A stretch of DNA of 63,803 nt, the filler included, from Intoshia linei (Eukaryota; Animalia; Orthonectida): NCBI GenBank assembly GCA_001642005.1. It is 3 parts of 3 records of this genome, joined end to end, with 100 filler letters (N's around TTAATTAATTAA, not from the genome) between each part and the next. Parts side by side here need not be neighbours in the genome. Positions count along the whole stretch, not along the records: positions 1 to 28,132 come from LWCA01000424.1; 2 more parts are not named here. One strand, 5' to 3'. Numbering within the stretch: position 1 is the stretch's first letter; every line of letters starts with the position of its first letter. Shown piece after piece: positions 1-12,433 of this stretch. Made by a program: the position numbers and the translations under genes. The notes under the pieces are model-generated. The model was given only the letters and a program-made list of their open reading frames with translations. It did not search any database and was not told the DNA's origin.

Positions 1-181
1 TGTTAATTTTAAATATATTTTATTCTTTAATTATATTATTTAAAATATTTTAATTTCACATAATTAATGATTAATATTTTAATGACTATTTCATTTTCAA
101 TTCAAATAAATTTAATGAACTTTGCATCAATTATTGTTTAGTAACTTTAGTGCCATAAAAAATTGCATTTGTCGACTCTAG

Positions 182-569
182 TCATCACATTGAAAATGAC
201 AAAATAGGTTTTTATAATTTTATTTTTTCTGGAATTTATGCTATTTATGACAATTTTTAGGATTGGACTGTTTTTACTTTATTTTTAATATTATACACAC
301 ATTCTGTCTAATAAATTAAAAAAATGGGATAATAATTGTTTTTAAAATTCTTTACGCAAATGTTAAAAAAACAAAATTAAGATGGAATAATTCACTTTAT
401 AGTAAAAAGTAATGTGATATGATGGTTCCACCTGTAACAAATTTGGGAACCACTCTTTTAAAGGATTGATAATAGTGAATTGTAGGATTTTTAAGTTAGA
501 TTTTCAACGTGAATTTAGCTTTGCAGTTTTGTACTACGTACAAACAGCACCTAGCTCTGCCGAGGGCAC
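182..569 (+). mobile_element. Helitron-family 3' portion with inverted terminal segment
   Basis: 182-517 is near-identical to about 56530-56856. The terminal motif at 524-569 is in reverse orientation. Confidence 0.75.
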
Positions 570-947
570 TCTTATTATATTTAAAAATAAAAATGTTGTA
601 TAAAAGTATATAAGTAAATATAAGTGTTGTATAAAAATTTAGTTTTTTTTTGCAATACCATCGTAAGGTTCACAGCTAAAAAGGGTTGAGAAAGCCTGGT
701 TTACATTATGTTTCATACAGATTGGATAAATCAAAGTATATTAACATACCATTTACATTATAATTTGATTCATAATAAAAAAAAGTTTTTTTTTGGATAA
801 ATTAACAAAAATATTGCAAAATGTTTACTTTAAGTGAAAAAATACACTACGTATCGATTATAACTACATAATTATTGATTTTTATTTTAATTATCATAAT
901 ATTTAAATTAAATTCTTAATAAATGGTAATATCATCTAAAATGGTAC

Positions 948-2588
948 CTGGTTGCAATACATTCATTAGGATAATGCTTGCTTTTAAAAACCAATGCTCC
1001 AGCCCCAGACTAAAATATTACATAATTTTCCAATAAAGTTGTGAATTATATATTGTAGTACACTCCACAACGTACTGGTATATATAAACTCGTAATAGCG
1101 GTCACTAGTGCCGAATCTACGATACCGAGCCATTTTTCGGGATTGACGACATTTTGGTAAAATTAAGGACATCATTTTTCCCAATTGAGTATTTCCAAAA
1201 AAATATTCTTAAACGTTTAAGTATTTTGTGTATTAAATTTAAAGTGTCAAGTTAAGGGCCCTGAATAGGTAGCTCTGGCAATGGCACAACGTATCGTTCG
1301 CAAAAAAAATTTGGGGAACTATTTTCATTTCAAGTGGCCTCGATCTTGATATGTTCGCCTCTGATGGTCACATTTGTGAAATTATCAAATATTTTTTATC
1401 GTCCAGAAATTGGCTACCTTTCAATAATTATTTTAAAATTAAAACACATTTCCTATTTTTGAAACATGGATAATAATTAATTTACGAAAAAAATATGCAT
1501 TATCTTTTTTCCATATTTCTGCGTATACTTTGATACAGTGGTATAAAAATATTGGAGTATAATAAAGTAAGATAAAAATACCAGAAGCATTACAACACTT
1601 TTAATTATCGTCAGAAACTCGATGCCTACATCCTTGTGTAATTCATAAATATATTTACATAAGACAGCAATAATTTCCGTGTCTGTTTCCGATTCAAATT
1701 GGTACCCTCGTTTTTTCTAAATTATATTATACATCATATCAAAAATTATATCAAATAAATGTAATTTTCAATTTTAATAAGTACAATTATAGTTAGTTAA
1801 GTCAACTTACCATGAAATATGTGACACGAACAATAAATAAAATATTACCAAAAATTTTTTAATTTCCAAATAATTAGTCAACATACCATTATGCACAACA
1901 AGAAACTCTAGAAAAAATTAAAAATATTTTTTAATATTTAAATTACAAAAATAATACCCATATTTTTATCGGAATAATGAGGATGAGAATTTACATAATT
2001 TGGTGGACCGTGTGTAGCCCATCTCGTATGAGCAATACCCAGGTGAACATCATATTGTACAGAGTTATCCATGACGTATTTTTCTAAATTGTATGCAACA
2101 TTACAGAATTCATCAGTAATATTTAATACACCAAGAGAAAAATGTTAAAGTTTGGTAATTAAAATTATATATGATGCCTATTGGGGTAAATTATCGACAC
2201 TTTGAAACCTGCATTAAATTTTAAATTAAAATCAAAAGGTTTTCCTAGTAATAACCTAAGATTACCATAAACATATTTTTCCAAAGTTTCAACATTTCCC
2301 TTAGATTTATACAAAAGAGTCTCATTATCTTTATCATCAACTGCTAAACCTAAATTTTATGATTAATAAATTAAAAAATCGAGTAAGGCTTAAACATTTT
2401 GGGTAAATAACTATTTATTATTCTTTATAATATACCCGCTGAATCATATCCACGATATTCAAGTCGTTTCAATCCTTGAATCAAAATTTCAATAACATCA
2501 TGTTGAGACTTTGGACACAAATAATTATAATAAGCAAAAATACCTGAAAATTAAGATAAATTATAAAATAAAAACCATTACCGCACAT
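948..2588 (-). CDS. GFPT1: Glutamine:fructose-6-phosphate amidotransferase (GFAT), 5' exons only; gene continues beyond the window start
   Basis: Spliced translation from ATG 2588 (38-nt first intron 2544-2581): [39 protein letters not shown]...[23 protein letters not shown]...[12 protein letters not shown]...[14 protein letters not shown]...[20 protein letters not shown]. This is the class II (Ntn) glutaminase domain with Cys2. No SIS-domain exons were found in the window. Confidence 0.95.
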
Positions 2589-2851
2589 TTATAGATACAA
2601 TGTAATTATGATTAAATTTCCAAATAATTAAACAATGATTGAAATAATCTAAAAATAGAACCAAGAATTGAATTCAGATCAATATATTAAATGTGCCGAA
2701 AATTTGTGAAACAGATTTTTCAAGACATTCATCATAAATATTTGACAAACATTGATAGCTATGGATATCTTTGTATAAAAATTAAATTTAAATTTACAAA
2801 ATTTATTTTTTTTGTTAATAAATGTGAATTTTATTAGAAATTAACAATTTA

Positions 2852-5800
2852 TTAACATTTCATAATAATGACTTTGAATAATTTTATTTCTTCATGGTTC
2901 CATAAAACTGGCTTACGGATTCTAGTATATTAAATAAAATAAATTAATTGTTACAGTATAGATAAGTGTTTCTCTCTGTGTTTTAAAAACACGGATGAAA
3001 ACGTTTTAACGTTTAAACTGGCAATGTAAAACAAAAAATATCCACAAAAAACAACTAGGTGAAATTTTTGTTGTTTAAACTAAAAAAAGATTTTACATTT
3101 CAGATGACTTAAATATGCGTTTGTCTCAACAATTATTTAAAACTTTTTTATGGAATATAAAAATTTCTGGGGTGAACAATGTTATATAGTATGTCAGGTT
3201 TCCAATGTTTTTCAGTATAAGACGTTTTAATACACAATACGCAGAGAAAATTAAAGAGATAAAAATTACTTTGAAAAAATTGTCGCCCAAATGAATATAT
3301 TGAGCCAAAGTAGGGTATGTTTTTGAGGTTGATATATACGCATAACAATCGGATGAGGAACAGGAAGTAAACCAACTAGTGTTCCACGTTTTAAAAATTC
3401 AATTACTTCTTTTTCTTCAGTAAAGTTTCTAAAACATTATTATCAAAGATTAGAAAGAATTTTACTTGTTTTTACATATACTTTCAACTTGAGGTACCAA
3501 AACTTGAAGTAGTCTTAATATTGTTTCCAATTTGAATACTTTTTTGAACTTGACACGCTATAAAAATTATGAAAAGTATTTTTCGATTTGTTAAAAGTTG
3601 TATATAAAAAATAGTTTATTCTACTAATTCTAAAGTGAACAATTAACTTTTATCAACCCTAAAGGAAAGATGCCATTTTAACATAATACACAACATGTAC
3701 TATGAAATGAACTATTAAAAAAATATTCATAAAACCCAAAGCATTGTTATTAAAGGTGATTAAATATTTATAAATCAATTTTGCTAGGTAAAAATCGACA
3801 CAAAAGTAAACTATTATTCACATATACTCATTCAATTGCCTATAATTATAATTAAATATTGTCTGAAACTTCAATTGTAGCTTAATTTAATTTTTCAAAT
3901 TCATAAATACAAAAACTAAGAGGAAAATAGTTATAATAATGTAAAACAAAACTTGATTACCAAGAATTATCTAAATTAAAATAAATACCATTTCCATTTC
4001 TTCAACATTTGTTATGTTTAAATTTGAAAACGCATCAATGTTAGATTCTGATTCTTTAGAATTTACTATAATATTGGAACTATTTTGTATTTCAATTTGG
4101 CTAATTTCAATTTTTTGTTTGGTAACAGATGAATCATCTAAATTTTAATGATTCTTTACTTACATAAATATAAAATTAATGTATGTGTTACATTTTAATT
4201 AAAAAATTATTATACATCCGCATATGATCTAAGTATCATAATCGCAAAGAATAACGAAAAATTTAAAAAACACCAATTTCTAATAAGATTTTTCACTCTT
4301 GATGTTTATATCTAATTTTTATTTTCAGAAATTGAGTTCTTCAGGGTCAAAAACCCAACATGGCTTTTTTAAAAGAAGTGTCTGTCTGTCTATTACCATT
4401 GATTTAAAAAATTGACAGTCGTAAAATTTAAAAAAACCCAATTTCTAACACACTTTTTCACAAGAGGTGTCTATATTTATTTTTCAGTTTCCAAATTTGA
4501 GTTCTTCAGCGTCAAAAACCCAATTTTCCCTATTTGTTAAAAATACAATCAGACCAAAAATTTTGGGATACAACAATCATAAATTTTGATCTCAAAAACA
4601 TACATTTTGGGACGCGTTTTAAAAGCATTACCATTGTCGTAAATCTCAGCCTTAGAAACGCATACATTCATGGTCAAACCACAATTTACCCTTTGTTTTA
4701 AAAATAAAACATGTCCTTTATTATGAAAATTTTATAAAACATAAACTCTGAGATAGTTTTTAAAATCATAAGCACTATCATAAATAACCTCAAAAACATA
4801 ATTTCTCGATCAAAACCACATATTAGCCTTTTTTTCAAAAGTGAAAACAACCCACGAATTTAAAAAAAAATATATTTGATACAGTTATATCCCGTCACAA
4901 CATAAAAAATTCAATATCAAAAAGTGATGCCTTCACGGTCAAAAAAGTACTTTAGTATTCATTTTTTTATTTAGAAACAATTTTATTAACAAAACAAGTA
5001 AAACAAAACATTTGAAATATTAACGGTTCTATAATTAAAAAAAGAGATTATTGTGATACAACTTATGCCAGTTGAAAATTTCAACCCCAAAAACTTTGTT
5101 ACTATCATATTGAAATTTATTTCAATGTTGGAAACATTCACCCAAATCGAAAAAAATCGCATGACCAAATTGTTTTTTTAAAGTTTTAACTCAAATTTTA
5201 ACAAAATAAAATTAAGTGTGAATAATATGTAACTTTAATTTGATGTAAATTGAACGGTCCATGGTGAAATAAATTTGGGAATCACTCCTTCACAATAAAT
5301 GAATGATATAATAAAACACCATGTATAGCAGGTAATTAATTTTGTGGGATTGATATTTTTATGGTCATTTTTTAATTTAACTATAATTTGATTGATCATG
5401 CAATCATTGTCTCATAAATAAAAAAATTCTGCCCTCAGCAGACCTAGCTGCTGTTTTTACAAAGTACATACCAGTCAGCTAGTAAATTAGTTAAAAAATA
5501 AAAAAAGAATAAATTTTCAATTTTCAATACGGAATTAACAATATAAAATAAAAATCACGATAACAGTTACAAACATATACCGCACAATTTTTACATGTAT
5601 AAAATATTACCATCAATTTCACCATCATTGTCAGTATCTGAATTTAAAATTTCAACGTCTTTTAATTCTTCTTCAATTTTTTCATCATGTTTTTTTAATT
5701 TGTTTTCAAATTCAGATTTGTCAAAATTTGCAGGTTTAAAATTTTTTTCAAATTTAGCAGCTACAGCTGGAGTGTTTGGTATGTCAAATTCTTCTGTTTT

Positions 5801-8800
5801 TAAGGGGTAGGTGAAATGAATGTCTGAATCAATGCTGTTTAAATTTTGGAAAATGTAACGCTTTTTAATAATTGTGTACATTAAAACTGCGTTTCCTAAT
5901 ATAACAATTAATTATAGGTAAAAGAAAAGTCGACAAAACAAAAAAATTTGGAAGAGAAAATTTCAATACTACCTCAATCAACTGATATATTTCAGGTTAA
6001 ATAAATTTTGAAATCATTTTTTATAATTTTGCACAATAAATGAAATAAAAATTTCGTAATTATGATTTAAACCGTATAAAATTAAAAATTAACCATCGAA
6101 TTGGTATTGTATAATATTATTAATAATTTCCAACAATGTTGTAACAAGGGTGTAATTTGTATCGTTTTCAAATAAAAACCAGCTGGTAGAAAAGCACTAT
6201 ATAATATTCATAAATAAATATAATGATTAAAAACTATTAAAAATGAAAACCTCTATGAGATGCAATAATTTAACTGAAGATTCGACGCAGATTCTTTTAA
6301 TGTAAGGTGATACTGAAATTAATTTAAATTAACTATATAAATAGTAAATCAAAATCTTATTTTTAGAAAACAGACAAAATTGTTAGAACCATATAAAATT
6401 ACAATAAAATTACTATTTAATAAAATTGTGAGGAATGATCCAAATAATGGTTTTAAGGCAGCTATTCCGTGGGTAATAAGTTTGTGGATAACCTAAAAAT
6501 AGATTAAAATAAAATTAAAGGAATTACAAACAATTATCATTAAATCGGCGTAATTCCCTGTGAATGTAGGTATATCGAATGTTATTCTCGAGATAAACAT
6601 TTTGTTTAATCGAACTCCAAAATTTCGCTCTCCACTCAATATTAATAAAATAAAAGAACAAATGTGAGTTAATCCAATCATTTCTAAATTCAAATAATAA
6701 AATAAAATATAAATTTTTTAATCCAGGTTTTAGAATAAAATTTATCATGGCTATGTTTATCATAACATAGTTAATCACATCACGACCGTATTGTATCATA
6801 CCCTGAATAATCGGTAAGGTGAGTCGTTAATTTATTTAAAAATTGATATAAACCAATCATAGTCAATTATTATTTTGACTATTACGTGATTCAAAAATAA
6901 TTTATTTTTACGGTAAAATTTTTTATAATATACTAAATATTTGGGTTAGTTTGAGCAAATAATAAAAAACAGTGATTTAAAAAATACATTATCATTAAAT
7001 TAATATTGAATGTAGTTATAATACCTTGGTTTATTGGATACAGTTGAAGAATATGTAAAATAGATACTAGAATCTAAATAAAATAATATTCAAAATGTAT
7101 GACATTGCTTACATTTAATAGATATTGACTTCCCAGTAAATGATACATAAATCTCTAAATAACAAATTTTTATATTCGTATGATTTTATTATTTTAAATG
7201 TAAATCAGATATTCTCAACTTGATTCATAGGAATCTCTATAGCAGATATATTACCGTTTTAAAGGTGGGACCTCGTTAGTAAGATCACATTTTTTCAGCA
7301 GCCCTGTAAAAAATAACAGAATATCTTAATATATTTTAATAAGATAACAATACTGGTCCCAAAGTTTTAAACGAACGGACCATTCAATTCCCAAAAAAGA
7401 TTTTCGTGCGTCCTGTAAATTTTTTGTAATATGTAAAATCTATTAATTTAGGTCGCCTTATCGTACACCAAGAATCAAAAATGGCATAAAAAAATTATAC
7501 TTTTTAGAGTTATTGTTTGCTTCCAAAAAGGTATAAAATACGACTTAATAGAAACGTTAATCTGACCGATTTTATCTGAAAATAATTATACGTCTAAAAC
7601 TTTAAATATCTTTCGAATACCCTGTGAATTAAAATTATAGCATCCTTGGTTAAGAAACTCTGCCCAGGGTTTTTCCAAATTTTGAATTTTACTAAAATTA
7701 TTCTACTATTACGATTCGATAATTCAAATCATGGTAAAATTAACATGAATGAAAATTGAATTTTTAAATTACCTTATTGATTGTGATAAATTTCCAAAGC
7801 AAGATTAAAAGTTCCTGGTTATTGTCTAATGTAAGTATCGATACTGGCAAATAGGTGGATGCGTTTTTTACTCTCATCAATCTTGCTATTCCGTGAACAA
7901 TATACATAAAATCCTAAAACATTAAAATGAAATGAACGTAACACAATGCAGTGAGCAATATTAACATGAAAATAAGTATTGAACCAATTACTTCGTTATT
8001 GTGTAAACGAGAAGCATAAGTAACAAATAAATTGCTTGATTCTGAAACATTTGTCTAAACACCAAACTAACAAATTAAAACAATAAGCTTACATTTTGTT
8101 GGTTCGTGTCATTAAGTTTTAGCTTTAAACTTCCTTTAATGTCATCAAAATCAAGGAGTAAATTGAGCATGTGAATACATACAGACACTAATGGCCCTCG
8201 GCAATCGTCCACAACTAAATAGCCATATGGGAATTTATCCAAAGGATCATAGCTTGATATAACATTTATTAAAGATGTAAACAACGGTAGAATGTTCTTG
8301 TTTTCTTTAGAAACAAAATAAGTGATCCACATATTTACATCCTCTCGAGCTACTAAAATAATAATTTGTATTAGACGTTAATTTTATTGGGCGTCTACTT
8401 AAATCCAACCATTTTTACTACAAATCGAGTTTTACAAACCCCAAAAAGAAAAAATCAAATCAGAAAGGAAAGGAAAAGTGAAATTTTCACTTAAGGTCAA
8501 TTTTAATTTTTAGCAAAAATGGTTGGATTTAGGAATATTCTTTTTTTATTTTTTATTTAGTTTATTATTTTTATTGTAGAATAATTGAAAAGTTTGACGA
8601 AAAAATTGATTGTTGGATTTCGTAATCTATTCAAAATAAAAAGAATTAACCAATTAATAAAAAATTAAAGAATCAAAATTGTACTGGAAAGTATACTTAT
8701 ACTAAAGATAGGCAACCTAATACCCGCGGGCCATATCCGGTCCGACAACTGATTTCACCCCGCCCGCATAATTTTTTTTTAAATTTTTCTATATTTACAG

Positions 8801-11800
8801 ATTTTATTTTTATTCAATTTTATATTATTATCTTTTTAATCCACCGTGATTTTATTAAATACTAACAGTGGATAGTAATTATCTAATTTACTTAATTTAT
8901 TCTCAATATAAATCAGGGGTTCCCAAAGTGGGCGATATCAGCCCAGGGTGGATTAATTCAGCTAGGGCGGTTGGGGGATTTAAAAAAATTATAAAAACAT
9001 AAATATAAATTTTTTTAAATATATCTCAGTATAGTAAAATTGATGCGGTACTAAATTTAAAATATAGTACCTTGTCAATGTTCATTGATTGTTTTATTAT
9101 AACATTTTAATTATTAATTACGCTGTTTATTCGAAAAACGATTTTAGATGCATAGAGTGGAGCGTTAATGAATTTGTATAGGTTATAAGGGGATGTTTTT
9201 ATAGCAAGTTTGGGATCCACTGATATAAACAGTGACAGTAATAAATATATTATTTTTAAATTAACATATAATATAATTTTCCATTTTTTAATTATTAAAT
9301 ATCGACTTGGGACATAACGAGTTGTATCAAAAAAATTTGGTTATTTATTTAAAAATTTTTTAGGGGCGTTAAGAAAATATATTGTTAAAAAGTGGGCGGT
9401 AATCAAAATAAGTTTGGTGAACCCTGATCTAAATTAAGCATATGATGTCATGCAAAATTTCTTTAATAGGATAGGAAAGTTTTTAGATAATGGATGACAT
9501 TATGAGTAAAGAGTAAACATAAAAAAATTATTAATACCCCAGTGGTAAGATGAACATTATTAGTTGAATTTTTAATGTTTCCGACCCGCCAAATTATCAG
9601 AATTTACCATCATGCCCATTACCATAATAAGTTTGTCCATCCCTGCACTATACCAGCGGTTTCAAAATTTTTCAACAAAATGTAAATAAAAATATAATAA
9701 TAAATACCGATATAAAATGTATCAGATTAAATTATAGAATTATTACCAAAAACTTGAGCCTTGCAATACAAATCCCTCGAAAAGCAAACTAAGAGCAAAC
9801 GTAATAAAATTGCTCTACGATTATCAAAAACGGCATATTGGGTAACTGGATTAGCAAAACCAATACCATTAGCCCAGATCAATTCAAAACTCTCTACTTT
9901 ACGTTTAGTTGTCTCATACTAAATTATAAAATGTATAACATTTTAGACAATACTTTCTCAAATCATTTTAGATGTTAAGTTGACAGTAAATTGTTTTGAA
10001 ATTGGCAATAATGGCACTACTTTATTATTATCATATTGTAAAAATAAATGTGATAAATATTGAAAAGATTTTTTACTGTAATGCCTTTTCAATTTTTATT
10101 ATTTCACAATATCAGACCCCTGCACAGGACCAGAATTGTATGGGTCGGTAGTTCCGACTCTGGACTATAGCATCCAATTTACATATGGTTTAATATCTAT
10201 TTATTAATGTACTATAGCTACAGTACAGACAGATTAAGCGAACCATATTTTGGAAAAGGCGGTCCTATTTTAGTAGCATGCATGTTGCTTTTAGGTTTTT
10301 TATGGGTGTAACCAAAGATATAATACATATTATATTACAATTGAATCGTTAAAAATATATTTTCATGGTAACTAATTAATTAAATTTAAAATTTTTATTA
10401 AATTGTCAATCAGAAGTGATTGTATAGAATTTAGGGTATAGACACTCTAAATTGACAAATATTATGAACGAAATGAAACATTTGAAAAAAATTTTTTTCT
10501 ATTAAATTTTATTCTGATTTTCAGAACAATCGAATTATACAATAGTCTGTAAAAAATGCATGACCTGAAGGTTTAGATTTTGTAACCAATATATTAAATC
10601 AACATAAAATTACCGGATTAATGTTAGCTAATTTTTCCACTGTGTAGCATTGCAAGAATAATAGTTCCTATAATAATATTAAAATGAAACAGTTTCTATA
10701 GATGATTTAAATTAATATTAATAATATTAAAAACAAACAATTTACAGTATCAATCAAATTAATACAAATTACCGAAATTGCACTCAGCATCGTTTCTGCG
10801 TATAAAGTATTTGATGTATCCTAAATGTAAATGTATACAAAATAAAATTAATATATAATATATATTTGATAATTAATTTAAAAAAATTAACCCTAAAAAA
10901 CAAAATATTACTGTAATATCGACTTTACGAGATGTAAAATATTCACTTAATATAAAAATTACATTAACCAGCTTTAGTACCTCACAGAAGGATTAACGTT
11001 TCATTTAAACCCCAAAATACAGGATATAAAGTTATAAAAATGTACAATAAAAAAATAAAATTAACGATAATATATAATAATATAACTAAACATGTATTAA
11101 TATTGCCTGTCCACACAATATCTGAATTTGCTGTAAAAAAGATAGTGTCAGTAGGGTAACTAATAATGAATAAACTAAATAAATTGACAAGTACAAAAAG
11201 TACGAAATATTTTGTTAAATATCTGATTAGTTATTAGTTTGAATAGTTATCAAGATTTTTTTCAATAAATTTAAATTTAACGATGTGGAATAAGTATTTA
11301 AAAACGCTCTCTAAATAACTTAATATTTTAAGTTTACGTTGTTAAAACAAACTTTTCAAATTAAATTTTTATTTATAAAATGCGCTAATTAAACATAATT
11401 ATTAAACAGGCAATATTTGATAATTTGAATTATAATTCAAAGTGATTTTCGCATATATCATATAATAGGTAATTTAGAGAATAATTAAAATATTACATTT
11501 TGAGAAGTCCAAAAGAATTTGTCCCATTCTGGTTTTTCCAATAATATAGGCATTAATCTTGTCAAAATTAGAATAGCATTTGTTACTAAAAATTGTTATT
11601 AAAAAGTTGATCAGATATCAATCAAAGACCAAACACAAAAAGACGAGTTAATCTTATAATTATCAAATTAATATAGATTAAAATCGATCGACGCTTTGTG
11701 AATGCCAAAGCAGTGTAAATTATATAAAATGTATAAATTACTTCCATCCGATTTAACTTTGACATCATTTTCTCCCATCTGAACGGCTTCATTTAAAATT

Positions 11801-12287
11801 TCTATAGCTTTGCGAATAACAAATTTTAAATTTTCTGGTTTTTCATCTCGTAAAATGTGCAATCTATCAAATGGCATTCTTTTTTGTATATAGTCAAAAT
11901 CAAGCAATTTATTAAAAAATATAAATGATAAAACATCACTTTCTTTAATTTTTTCCTGTCAATGATGGTGAATAAGGTCATACAGATAATAAGTAGAGTT
12001 GACAACACGATAGATATATTTAACCCCAGTTTTTTTAAAATTTTTGATAATAGAAATGTATTGTTACATTAAACATGCTTTGATTTAATTTTAATTTTCG
12101 TTTAATTTTGAAAAACTAGGATGACTAATAAAAATAAAAATATACGGTCCGATATTTGTCCACATAATATAAGGGTTAAAATCGGGTAGGTCACCCCATT
12201 ATCTAAATATAACATTACCTGGGATTCTTTATAAATTTGATCGATGCATTCATCAAAAGACAAAATAGTCGAACTAGTTGCTCCCAT
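2852..12287 (-). CDS. HID1: HID1 (Golgi/dense-core vesicle biogenesis protein), multi-exon
   Basis: Starts MGATSS (myristoylation-type Gly2). Exons read ILTRLMPILLEKPEWDKFFW, ELIWANGIGF, LPLFTSLINVISSYDP, LLILSGERNFGVRLNK, NNIIQYQFDGNAVLMYTII, LETILRLLQVLVPQVE, GTLVGLLPVPHPI and WNHEEIKLF; stop TAA at 2854-2852. All match HID1 family motifs. Confidence 0.93.
4227..5482 (+). mobile_element. Non-autonomous Helitron in a HID1 intron
   Basis: TGTCTGTCTG microsatellite near the 5' end, shared internal GGTCAAAA subrepeats, 3' CTGTT..TAC/GTAC..CAG hairpin then CTAG|T at 5479-5483. 5' boundary approximate. Confidence 0.7.
8399..8532. repeat. Small inverted-repeat element
   Basis: TAAATCCAACCATTTTT.CTA ... 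TAG.AAAAATGGTTGGATTTA. Confidence 0.65.
8703..9645. mobile_element. Nested hAT/Charlie-like MITEs in a HID1 intron
   Basis: Outer GGCAACC..CCCGCGGGCC ... GTTTGTCCATCCCTG. Inner CAGGGGTTCCCAAAGT at 8914 with right ends at 9222 and 9426. Confidence 0.7.
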
Positions 12288-12433
12288 TCAATAATTTCCT
12301 GGTACAGTACACGCTAATATAATGTAAATAAATATAATAAATAAAAATTTATTTATAATTTTATTGTTCTTATGGATATCTCAATTTAAACTTTTAAATT
12401 TTAAAATTACCGATTAATTTAAATATACATTTA

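Noticed and set aside
1090-1400. GC-richer patch in a GFAT intron (ORF 984-1184)
   Set aside because: No sustained ORF or RNA motif recognised; probably an old TE fragment that I cannot classify.
2084-2265. Internal CAG|GT in a GFAT intron resembling a recursive splice site
   Set aside because: A single short motif is expected by chance, and recursive splicing is not needed for a 182-nt intron.
4330-4960. Regularly recurring GGTCAAAA motifs resembling a CRISPR-like array
   Set aside because: Units are degenerate homologous subrepeats of a Helitron with no constant repeat and unique spacer structure; eukaryotic context with no cas genes.
7250-7630. Exon-like AG/GT-bounded segments inside a HID1 intron (nested gene or alternative exons?)
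   Set aside because: No phase-compatible stop-free chain could be built, and HID1 reads continuously without them.
10120-10180. GTCGG-TAGTT-CCGAC hairpin in a HID1 intron (snoRNA or miRNA?)
   Set aside because: Stem too short, with no C/D or H/ACA boxes in the proper arrangement.
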